A stretch of DNA of 64,000 nucleotides from IMG/VR virus record IMGVR_UViG_3300009370_000001, one strand, 5' to 3'. The notes beneath the pieces were generated by a model. It searched no databases and was not told the origin of the DNA. It saw nothing but the letters and a program-made list of their open reading frames with translations. The DNA comes from a virus. Taxonomy: Duplodnaviria > Caudoviricetes. Made by a program: the position numbers and the translations under genes. Shown here in pieces: positions 51,660 to 59,722 of this stretch (position 1 is its first letter; each line of letters starts with the position of its first letter).

Positions 51660-52234
51660 TGATACTTGGTGTGGATATTTCCACCAGCATCACAGGTTTT
51701 GCGATTGTTACCGATAACGTGCTGGTATATTATGACTCTATTGATTTGCGAAAATACAAAGGCTTTTTCGCTAAGACAATCGCTATAAAAGAAAAGATAC
51801 TGGACATTTTCGAAATGTACCAGCTTAATAACGATGACAAGATGACTGGAGATTCTGAGTTTCCTATTCAGCACATCTATATTGAGCAATCTCTCCATAT
51901 GTTTATGGGAGGCCGCTCATCAGCTAAAACACTTTCAACACTCACGCGCTTTAATGGCGTCGTAGCGTGGCTTCTCTTCGAACTATTTGAAATCGAACCA
52001 CAATTTATCGGCGCTTCGTCTGCTCGCAAGCAAGTCGGCATTAGAGTTCCGAGAGGTGAGAAAGCAAAACAAGTTGTTTTGAAATATTTACTTGACAACG
52101 AACCCACTTTTAAGATACAATATACAAGTAAGGGCAATCCCAAACCTGAATCTTATGATCGGGCGGATGCAATTATAATCGCGAGAGCGGGAGATATAAT
52201 TGAGCGAGAAAAAGAAACACAAGATTCTGTGTGA
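51659..52234 (+). CDS. RuvC-like Holliday junction resolvase
   Basis: MILGVDISTSITG, IYIEQ and DRADAIIIA RNase-H-fold acidic residues. Confidence 0.8.
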   Translation: MILGVDISTSITGFAIVTDNVLVYYDSIDLRKYKGFFAKTIAIKEKILDIFEMYQLNNDDKMTGDSEFPIQHIYIEQSLHMFMGGRSSAKTLSTLTRFNGVVAWLLFELFEIEPQFIGASSARKQVGIRVPRGEKAKQVVLKYLLDNEPTFKIQYTSKGNPKPESYDRADAIIIARAGDIIEREKETQDSV

Positions 52235-53135
52235 TGTATTAGGATATTCACATACAAATGGTTCCGAAACACTTTTCAAATGCCCTGCGTGCGATCACCA
52301 CAAGCTTAAACTCTCTGTTAACATCCGCAAGAATGTTTTTAAGTGTTGGGTATGTGATTATCGTGGTCGTAATATTCGCCGGCTGGTTCGTCGTTTTGGA
52401 ACGTTTGTTCAACTACAGCGATGGGAAGAACTCACGGGTCGCCACGATCTCGATAGATTTGCTGAGCTATTTGATGATAGCGTTCGTGTGGACCCTCAGC
52501 CCACTTTGGATCTTCCAGAAGAATTTGTAAGTCTCGCCAGCAATGTGCCGGCAACTGGTGTATACGCTTATAAATACTTGTACTCACGCGGTATAACAAA
52601 GGCCGAGATTCTTAAGTGGAAGATAGGTTATTGTTTCAGCGGCGAGTATCGCAACCGCATTATCATCCCGTCCTTTAACGATGACGGCAATGTCAGTTAT
52701 TTCATCGCGAGATCCTATAACGGAGATTCATACAAGTATAAGAATCCCAGAGCATCTAAAGACATTGTGTTCAATGAGCTATATATTGATTGGAACGATG
52801 ACTTGACAATCGTGGAAGGGGTGTTTGATGCCATTACTGCCGGAAACAGCGTACCTATTTTGGGGTCCACTCTGCGATCTGACTCCGATCTCATCCGCAA
52901 AATCGTGTACAACGATACACCAGTCTTCGTTGCACTCGACCCCGATGCGCGAGAAAAAGAGAACAGGATTATTGAGACGCTTCTTAAATACGATGTCGAA
53001 CTTTACAAGATTGACGTGAGTGGTTACGAGGACGTGGGCTCCATGCCGAAAGAGGTTTTCCGAGAGCGAAAACAAAAAGCAGAATTCATAGATAGAGACG
53101 ACTATTTACTCATGAATTTACTCTCGGCAGTATAA
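52200..53135 (+). CDS. DNA primase (zinc-binding domain plus Toprim)
   Basis: CPACDHH...FKCWVC zinc ribbon, RIIIP, Toprim IVEGVFDA and VALDPDA; TTG start. Confidence 0.88.
   Translation: MSEKKKHKILCDVLGYSHTNGSETLFKCPACDHHKLKLSVNIRKNVFKCWVCDYRGRNIRRLVRRFGTFVQLQRWEELTGRHDLDRFAELFDDSVRVDPQPTLDLPEEFVSLASNVPATGVYAYKYLYSRGITKAEILKWKIGYCFSGEYRNRIIIPSFNDDGNVSYFIARSYNGDSYKYKNPRASKDIVFNELYIDWNDDLTIVEGVFDAITAGNSVPILGSTLRSDSDLIRKIVYNDTPVFVALDPDAREKENRIIETLLKYDVELYKIDVSGYEDVGSMPKEVFRERKQKAEFIDRDDYLLMNLLSAV
53085..53135 (+). repeat. Direct repeat copy 1 (functional primase 3' end)
   Basis: 51 bp encoding FIDRDDYLLMNLLSAV*; 44/51 identical to 54514-54564. Confidence 0.9.
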
Positions 53136-53140
53136 ACCGC

Positions 53141-53169
53141 TTGACATTTACAGATAGATCGCTTATAAT
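53141..53169 (+). promoter_or_regulatory. Consensus sigma70 promoter
   Basis: TTGACA (53141-53146), 17-bp spacer, TATAAT (53164-53169). Confidence 0.9.
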
Positions 53170-53175
53170 AAGAAT

Positions 53176-53445
53176 ATGAAAGTAACAGCACTAAGGTGTA
53201 ACAATTGCAACACCCTAATTTATTCTCGTACTCGTCACGATATGAGAGGCTGCCGGTGTTGGAAGAACGATTACGATAACATCGGAATTGCAATTGACGG
53301 CGGGTTCGACTATTGCAAGGTTCACGCCAGTCCAAAATCAGACTATGATTTTATTGCCGAGTATGATCTTGGAGAGGTTGACAGGAAAACGCTTTATCAA
53401 GATTGGAACACTCGAACCGATAATTATGGGATGATTACAGAATGA
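53176..53445 (+). CDS. Small Cys/His-rich (putative Zn-binding) phage protein
   Basis: RCNNC...SRTRHDMRGCRC...IAIDGGFDY pattern. Confidence 0.7.
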   Translation: MKVTALRCNNCNTLIYSRTRHDMRGCRCWKNDYDNIGIAIDGGFDYCKVHASPKSDYDFIAEYDLGEVDRKTLYQDWNTRTDNYGMITE

Positions 53446-54020
53446 ACGAAGAAAACGACTTTAGACTTGTGAGAGCTTTCCCGCTCCTTTATGCAGATAG
53501 GGGCGGCTCTAAGCAATCAACGCTCATGTGTTGGGGCTTCTCGTGCGGCGATGGCTGGTTTGATCTTATCTGGGATCTCTCAGAGAAGCTTGAGCCGATC
53601 ATCAAGAAGTTTGTTGATGAAAATCCAAACCTTGAATGTTCGAATTGCGGCTGCAAGAAAGACAGACACTATGCTTGCAAGACCCGCAATCCCGGCAGGT
53701 GCCTATCGGTTCACGTCGATCCGGATTCAGATGAGGAGCCCCCTGGCAACTATTATGCTTGCTTCTGTGATAGTTATGTGTCAAGTCATCCAAGGGCTGT
53801 TCAGGTGAAAGAGAAGTTCGGATCGCTTAGGTTCTATATGACATCAGAAAACGACGAGATCCGCAGCCTAATCGGCGAAGCCGAAGCAAAATCGTGTGAA
53901 ACCTGCGAGGAATGCGGAGATCCCGGCAAAGAAAGAGACACAAGTTGGATCCGAACGCTCTGCGACGGATGCTATGAGAATTGGGAGCAGATCCGAGCAG
54001 CGAGATGGAGCAAAGAATGA
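53442..54020 (+). CDS. Cys-rich hypothetical phage protein
   Basis: FSCGDGWFDLI...VQVKEKFGSLRFY...TCEECG...TLCDGC; ATGA coupling. Confidence 0.7.
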   Translation: MNEENDFRLVRAFPLLYADRGGSKQSTLMCWGFSCGDGWFDLIWDLSEKLEPIIKKFVDENPNLECSNCGCKKDRHYACKTRNPGRCLSVHVDPDSDEEPPGNYYACFCDSYVSSHPRAVQVKEKFGSLRFYMTSENDEIRSLIGEAEAKSCETCEECGDPGKERDTSWIRTLCDGCYENWEQIRAARWSKE

Positions 54021-54262
54021 AACCAACACTTGAGTCTGGTGATATCATAATCCGTCGCGCAAGTAATGGTTGGATTGTATTTGTAGAATCAGAGCACGAG
54101 CCAGATCACTTTATCACTCTCCTTTATGAAATCCCCGACACTGAATTCGGGGAACAAGAGTGCTTTATGAACCTTTTAGGAGCAGAGTTCCCAGAGCAAT
54201 TTCAGTCAAAACATCGTGGCGGTATTCAAATGGAGTTGCGAACCAAGGGACGAGAGCATTAA
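54017..54262 (+). CDS. Hypothetical protein (81 aa)
   Basis: ATG 54017 overlaps the upstream stop (ATGA) and has a TGGAG Shine-Dalgarno. Confidence 0.6.
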   Translation: MKPTLESGDIIIRRASNGWIVFVESEHEPDHFITLLYEIPDTEFGEQECFMNLLGAEFPEQFQSKHRGGIQMELRTKGREH

Positions 54263-54289
54263 GAAAAATATTGAAGTGATTGAAGAATA

Positions 54290-54511
54290 ATGAGCGAGAA
54301 CACCAAAAAAGAAGATTGGCAGAGACTAGAAATCACAGATGTGATCGACAATCCTGACGGAACTTCAACATTAGTTTTTGAACTCGAAGACGAGTTCAGA
54401 GAGTGGTTCAAGAAATCATTCGGATTAAAAAGGTGGAGCGACAAAAGGTTCGAGAAGGTGTTTCTTGAAGCAATTAGAGGCTATATAGAGAGGGAGACCG
54501 GAAAAGATTAA
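54290..54511 (+). CDS. Hypothetical protein (73 aa)
   Basis: Intact ORF and last gene of the cassette. Confidence 0.6.
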   Translation: MSENTKKEDWQRLEITDVIDNPDGTSTLVFELEDEFREWFKKSFGLKRWSDKRFEKVFLEAIRGYIERETGKD

Positions 54512-54513
54512 TC

Positions 54514-54564
54514 TTTATCGATAGAGAAGACTATTTATTGATGAATTTACTCTCGGCAGTGTAG
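54514..54564 (+). repeat. Direct repeat copy 2 (orphan primase 3'-end relic)
   Basis: Encodes FIDREDYLLMNLLSAV* with no start codon for the full segment; nearly all differences from copy 1 are synonymous. Confidence 0.9.
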
Positions 54565-54574
54565 GAGAGCCCCG

Positions 54575-55633
54575 ATGAAAGTAACCAAATCAAAACTAAA
54601 GCAGATTATTAATGAAGAACTGGGACAAGAACTCCAAGAACTTTATATCCCTTTTATTGGCGGGAAACTTCCCGAGAAAGAATATGCAATCCGTAGGAAG
54701 CAGTTGGACGCCATTGGCGATATGGCAAATGACCTAAGCGCGGAAGAGGAAGAACAATTCTTAAGGTACGCGAGCCGGTTGGTAGCACCCAAGGAGGAAG
54801 GGGAAGGCTTTGTCCTGCTGAGCGACAGGATAGAAGCTGGTCTTCTAGGACAATTGTTTCAACAACTGAGGCGCCTTCTGTATGACCGTCACCCTAAACA
54901 TAAAGCACAGAGTCTTATGAACCGTTTTGATCAAAACGCAGATCGGTTGTCCAAAGAGTTGGGCGGACTAGCCCAAGAAATAGCCGATCAGAAAGCTGAT
55001 GCTGCGGCAAGAGAAAAGGCCGCCCGGGAAGAAAGGTATGAGAGGGAACAACGAGAAGAAGAAGAAGAAAAAGCAAGAGCGCGAAATAGGAGAGACGCAG
55101 AAGAAGCCCGTTCGGCGCAGGAGTACCTGAGTATGTCCGATGCAGAACGTACTCGACTGCGCAAGCGGTCAGGATCGTCGTCCCACCGCGTTAACCCCGG
55201 CTTTGCAGGCTCAGGAAACATGGGCTATGGAGAATCACTCGATAGGAGAATCCCAATGAAAGTAACCAAAGCACAACTTCAAGAGATCATCCTTGAAGAG
55301 CTTACAATCGCTTTAGACGAGCTTGGCGCTGGCAAAGGCGCCGGCATGAGCCTGCGCGCTGCCCAACTCGGTGGAACCGGACACGGCAAGCGCGATGAAG
55401 ACGAAGAATACGTCGATCCCGAAGTCGATCCTTATGAGAAAGCGCTGGAAGCTCCGTTGGCCGAAGAAGAGGATGACGAGTGGATTCAAGACGCAGAGAA
55501 AGATATTAAAAAGCGCGGCACCGAGGGTGTCTGCACTGGGGATAAATTTGGTGGTCCCACATGCAAGCCTGGAACGAAACGATACAACTTAGCAAAGACG
55601 TTCCGGAAGATGGCGAAAGACCGCAAAAAATAA
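54575..55633 (+). CDS. Leader-motif protein (352 aa) with an internal second leader and a C-terminal Cys-containing module
   Basis: Starts MKVTKSKLKQIINEEL after AGGAGA; second MKVTKAQLQEIILEEL in frame at 55256. Confidence 0.75.
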   Translation: MKVTKSKLKQIINEELGQELQELYIPFIGGKLPEKEYAIRRKQLDAIGDMANDLSAEEEEQFLRYASRLVAPKEEGEGFVLLSDRIEAGLLGQLFQQLRRLLYDRHPKHKAQSLMNRFDQNADRLSKELGGLAQEIADQKADAAAREKAAREERYEREQREEEEEKARARNRRDAEEARSAQEYLSMSDAERTRLRKRSGSSSHRVNPGFAGSGNMGYGESLDRRIPMKVTKAQLQEIILEELTIALDELGAGKGAGMSLRAAQLGGTGHGKRDEDEEYVDPEVDPYEKALEAPLAEEEDDEWIQDAEKDIKKRGTEGVCTGDKFGGPTCKPGTKRYNLAKTFRKMAKDRKK

Positions 55634-55637
55634 AAGC

Positions 55638-55666
55638 TTGACTCTTGCTTGACAATGAGTTATACT
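55638..55666 (+). promoter_or_regulatory. Sigma70-like promoter upstream of the Mre11-Rad50 fusion
   Basis: TTGACT (55638-55643), 17-bp spacer, TATACT (55661-55666); GGAGG Shine-Dalgarno at 55683-55687. Confidence 0.75.
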
Positions 55667-55691
55667 ATAAGAGTATCTATGCGGAGGGTAC

Positions 55692-58600
55692 GTGAAGTTT
55701 GCACATATAAGTGATACTCATATCAAAAATCTGAAGTATCATTATGAATATCGAGTCATTTTTGAGCAGTTGTATGAAACGCTGCGGGAACAAAAAGTCG
55801 ATTACATTATACACTGTGGGGATATAGCCCACACCAAGACCCAGATCTCACCAGAGTTTGTTGAGATGTGTTCTGATTTTTTTCGCAGTCTCGCTGAGAT
55901 TGCACCAACCTATATCATTCTAGGAAACCATGACGGCAACCTAAAGAACAGCAGTCGTCAAGACGCACTGACACCGATTGTCGACGCGCTCAATCTGCCG
56001 ACACTGCACTTGCTTAAAGATTCAGGCGAGACTCATTTGAACGACGATTTCTGTTTGAATGTCTTGTCTGTTTTTGATCGAGACAACTGGATGAAGCCCA
56101 CCAATACTGACAAGATCAATATTGCACTTTATCATGGCTCAATCTCTAATTGTAAAACTGATACCAATTGGACGATGAGTTTTGGTGAAGATGATATATC
56201 TATCTTTGACGATTTTGATTTTTCTATGCTTGGTGATATTCACCGTCGCCAATTCCTAGATCACGATGGACGCGTTTGGTATGCTGGCTCAACTGTTCAG
56301 CAGAACCATGGCGAGACCAACGACAAAGGTATTCTCATTTGGGATATCAAATCTAAAGACGAATGGGACATTGAGCCGATTGTGTTTAAAAACCCTAAGC
56401 CGTTCTTTACAATCCCGCTCACACTCAAGGGGCGGATGCCTCGCAATCTCCAAGTACCCACTGGCGCACGCCTGCGATTGGTTAGTAACAATAACCTTCC
56501 GCTTAACACGATGCGCCGAGCAATGGACATTGCGAAGCATCGCTTTAAGCCCGAGAGCATCTCGTTTCTCAACAGAGCAGCAGGCGAGCGCGGTAATGTA
56601 GAAGATCTAACTGACGGTATTAAGACAGAAAACCTGCGAGACATTAAAGTCCAAGAAGAACTGATTGACGAGTTCCTTTCAGATTACCAGACCGATGCCA
56701 CAACCCTAGAGCGCGTGTTTGAGCTTAACAGCAAGTACAACAAGATTATCGAGGACCGAGAAGAGATCTCTAGAAACGTAAACTGGAGAATCAAGTCGTT
56801 TAAATGGGACAATCTGTTTAATTACGGAAAGGATAACTCCATCGACTTTGAAAACCTTAACGGCATCATTGGCGTTTTTGGAAAGAACTTCAGCGGCAAA
56901 TCTAGCATCATTGATGCGGCCCTGTATACATTGTTCAACACCACCTCAAAGAACGAGCGCAAAAACCTCAACGTTATTAATCAACATCAAGAATCTTGCG
57001 AAGGCGTTTTAGAGATCGAGATCGGACACAAAGTCTACAACATTAAGCGCACCTCTGAAAAATATACGAAACGCTTGAAAGGTGTTGAGACCTTAGAAGC
57101 CAAAACAGATTTGAACTTCGAAGTCTATGACCCTGTCACAGACGAGACAACATCCTTAAACGGCACCACACGCAATCAGACGGACGCAAATATTCGAAAG
57201 CACTTCGGGTCCATGGATGATTTTATGGTGTCTTCTCTGGCAAGCCAGCACGGTGCATTGGGATTCATTGATGAGGGTTCGACACGTCGAAAGGAAATCA
57301 TCGCCAAGTTCCTCGATTTGGAGCTGTTTGACCAAAAGTTTAAGATGGCCAAAGACGACTCTGTTGAGGCCAAGGCTCTCCTGCGCAAGTATGAGGATCG
57401 GGATTACAACACTGAGGTGCAGGCATTAGAAACCAGCTTGGAAGACTTGACTGTACAAGCGGAAACTAATCGCACAACTTGCGAGGATTATCGTAAAGAA
57501 CTTAAACTTCTGAACGAAGGAGCGAGACGCTTAGACGAGAAGATCAATTCTATTCCTGGCAAGCTTATTGACATCACAAAAGTCATGACAGAGCAAAAAG
57601 ATAAGCAAGTGTTGTCGAAGTTGTTGGAGGAGAAGATAACAAGCCAAACAGCACTGGCACTTGTCAAGCAGCAGAAAGTGGCAATATCAGAGAGCTTATT
57701 AGAGCTTATCGATCATGCCACCCTCACAGCCGACAAAGCAGAAATTGATACTTTAGATCATAGTATTATGAATCTTCGAGAAGAGATTGAAAAGATTGGC
57801 AAAAAGGAAAAGCTTTTGAAGAGTATCCCCTGCGGCGATTCTTATCCTTCGTGTCGATTTATCAAAGATGCCTATATTGACGTAGCTAACAAGCCAGGAA
57901 TTGAAGCAGACCTTCACGCGGCCGCTATGCGTTTAGAAACGTTGTCTCCTGACGACACAGCCGAAAAGCTTGAAGAGTATCGTTTAACGCAAGAACTGAT
58001 TGTAGAACTAAAGGCGGAAGTTGCCGCGCTGCAATTAGAATGCGAACGTAATAAGAACACAAAGGCCACAACTGATCAAGAATTGATCACTCTCACCACC
58101 AAGGTCGCTGAATATAAGCAAAACAAAAAGGTTATTGATGGACTTGAAAAAGTCATCAAAGAACGACAAGGTTACCAAACTAAGATCGAGACTAAAAAAG
58201 AAAAGATTGAAATCTGTGATAACGAGACATTAGAGATTGTACGACAGGTGGGTTCCTATGAAGAGAAGATTGAATCTCTCAAGGCTCAAAGTAAGGAGTA
58301 TCAAGACCTTCAGAATAGTTATGCGGCATACGATTTGCTTATGCAATGCATGCACCCTAACGGAATCGCTTACGATATTATCAAGAAAAAGATTCCAGTC
58401 ATTAACCAGGAGATTGCAAAAGTTCTCGCCAACATTGTTGAGTTCGAAGTGTTTTTTGAGACCAGCGGAAACAAGCTTGACATCTTTATTAAGCATCCTA
58501 AGCACGACGAACGGCCCATTGAAATGGCGTCAGGTGCAGAAAAGACAATGGCCGCGATGGCAATTCGTTTGGCTCTTTTAAGTGTTTCTTCACTTCCAAA

Positions 58601-58799
58601 GTCGGACTTGTTTATCCTCGATGAGCCGGGCACCGCATTGGACGAAGAAAATATGGAGGGTTTTATTAGGATCTTGGAACTAATTAAGGTATATTTTAAG
58701 AACGTTCTCTTGATCTCGCATTTAGACTCTCTCAAAGATTGCGTCGACATGCAGATTGTAATAGAAAAGAAAAAAGGCTACGCAAAGGTAAACCAATAA
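55692..58799 (+). CDS. Fused Mre11/SbcD nuclease - Rad50/SbcC ATPase (gp47-gp46-like)
   Basis: Phosphoesterase motifs HISDTH, CGDIAH, GNHD, YHG and GDIH; Walker A GKNFSGKSS; coiled coil; signature ASGAEK; Walker B ILDEPGTALD; H-loop ISH; GTG start. Confidence 0.92.
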   Translation: MKFAHISDTHIKNLKYHYEYRVIFEQLYETLREQKVDYIIHCGDIAHTKTQISPEFVEMCSDFFRSLAEIAPTYIILGNHDGNLKNSSRQDALTPIVDALNLPTLHLLKDSGETHLNDDFCLNVLSVFDRDNWMKPTNTDKINIALYHGSISNCKTDTNWTMSFGEDDISIFDDFDFSMLGDIHRRQFLDHDGRVWYAGSTVQQNHGETNDKGILIWDIKSKDEWDIEPIVFKNPKPFFTIPLTLKGRMPRNLQVPTGARLRLVSNNNLPLNTMRRAMDIAKHRFKPESISFLNRAAGERGNVEDLTDGIKTENLRDIKVQEELIDEFLSDYQTDATTLERVFELNSKYNKIIEDREEISRNVNWRIKSFKWDNLFNYGKDNSIDFENLNGIIGVFGKNFSGKSSIIDAALYTLFNTTSKNERKNLNVINQHQESCEGVLEIEIGHKVYNIKRTSEKYTKRLKGVETLEAKTDLNFEVYDPVTDETTSLNGTTRNQTDANIRKHFGSMDDFMVSSLASQHGALGFIDEGSTRRKEIIAKFLDLELFDQKFKMAKDDSVEAKALLRKYEDRDYNTEVQALETSLEDLTVQAETNRTTCEDYRKELKLLNEGARRLDEKINSIPGKLIDITKVMTEQKDKQVLSKLLEEKITSQTALALVKQQKVAISESLLELIDHATLTADKAEIDTLDHSIMNLREEIEKIGKKEKLLKSIPCGDSYPSCRFIKDAYIDVANKPGIEADLHAAAMRLETLSPDDTAEKLEEYRLTQELIVELKAEVAALQLECERNKNTKATTDQELITLTTKVAEYKQNKKVIDGLEKVIKERQGYQTKIETKKEKIEICDNETLEIVRQVGSYEEKIESLKAQSKEYQDLQNSYAAYDLLMQCMHPNGIAYDIIKKKIPVINQEIAKVLANIVEFEVFFETSGNKLDIFIKHPKHDERPIEMASGAEKTMAAMAIRLALLSVSSLPKSDLFILDEPGTALDEENMEGFIRILELIKVYFKNVLLISHLDSLKDCVDMQIVIEKKKGYAKVNQ

Positions 58800-59707
58800 T
58801 GAAATTATTAATGGAAAATTGGCGAAAATTTGTCAATGAAACTGAAGAAAATCTTCACGAACTGGATAAGGGCGCGCTTTATGCGTTAAATAATCCAGGC
58901 ACTCCCTTGGCAACTTACGTCGCGGTACTTAAGAAATATGCGAATGATCCAGAATTTGATAAGATCGCCGGCGCAGGCCAAGCCGATGGCCAGCCGGCCG
59001 ATGAGGTGGCTAAGGTGCAGCCGGGCGCTATAGCTGCACAAGATCTCACAGCGACCCAAGCAGAAATTGGATTTGGAAATAGTCTGGCTGATCAGGTAGC
59101 TAATAAATACGACGCCACTAAAACTGCTCTTGGACTAAACGGATCTCCAATTGTTATGGCTTCGAAGTCAGGTCCAGTTCCAATTTTAGTATACAATGGA
59201 AAATATATTTTAGACGGGCATCACCGGTGGTCACAAATTATGATGGTCAATCCAGGTGGTACTGTTAAGGTCGACAATTTAACTGGACCCGCTATCGACA
59301 ATGAAGAAGAGGCTCTTAAGGTTATGCAATTCGCCATCGCTGCGACTGCTGACAAAGTAGTGACAAAGCCATTTGAGGGTGAAAATTTAATGCAAGCAAA
59401 CGAGCAACAAGTAGCGAACTTTGTTCTTAAAAATGTTACTGATGAAGTCTTGCAGCTTTTAGTTCAGGCTGAGAAGATTGAAAAACCAGATAAACGCCTC
59501 GCTGCCCAATATATTGCTGGTAATCTGCCGGTCATTAAGAAGTCTGCCGGCCGGTTCTCTCGCGAGAAAAGTATGCCTCAAGCCGGCGACTCTGGCGTTT
59601 CACAGGATGCGGTTAATCAAGCGCTTGGCACAGGCAAGGTTAACTTTGATAGCCCCAAGCCGGCCGACGCATATGGGAACCGCCCAGAGAAAAAAGCCGC
59701 AGAATAA
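58799..59707 (+). CDS. ParB/Sulfiredoxin-like domain protein with an N-terminal MKLLMENWRKF leader
   Basis: LTATQ, PILV...YILDGHHRWSQ motif; the true start is probably ATG 58799 (TAATG overlap). Confidence 0.7.
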   Translation: MKLLMENWRKFVNETEENLHELDKGALYALNNPGTPLATYVAVLKKYANDPEFDKIAGAGQADGQPADEVAKVQPGAIAAQDLTATQAEIGFGNSLADQVANKYDATKTALGLNGSPIVMASKSGPVPILVYNGKYILDGHHRWSQIMMVNPGGTVKVDNLTGPAIDNEEEALKVMQFAIAATADKVVTKPFEGENLMQANEQQVANFVLKNVTDEVLQLLVQAEKIEKPDKRLAAQYIAGNLPVIKKSAGRFSREKSMPQAGDSGVSQDAVNQALGTGKVNFDSPKPADAYGNRPEKKAAE

Positions 59708-59722
59708 TAAACGGAGATTATA

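Noticed and set aside
53085-54564. The 51-bp repeat pair as a DGR template/variable repeat or as att sites
   Set aside because: Mismatches are not adenine-specific (C/T, C/G and C/A occur) and are nearly all synonymous. No reverse transcriptase or integrase is in the window.
55649-55680. Second TTGACA upstream of the Mre11-Rad50 gene as a separate promoter
   Set aside because: There is no good -10 hexamer 16-18 bp downstream; the TTGACT/TATACT pair fits instead.
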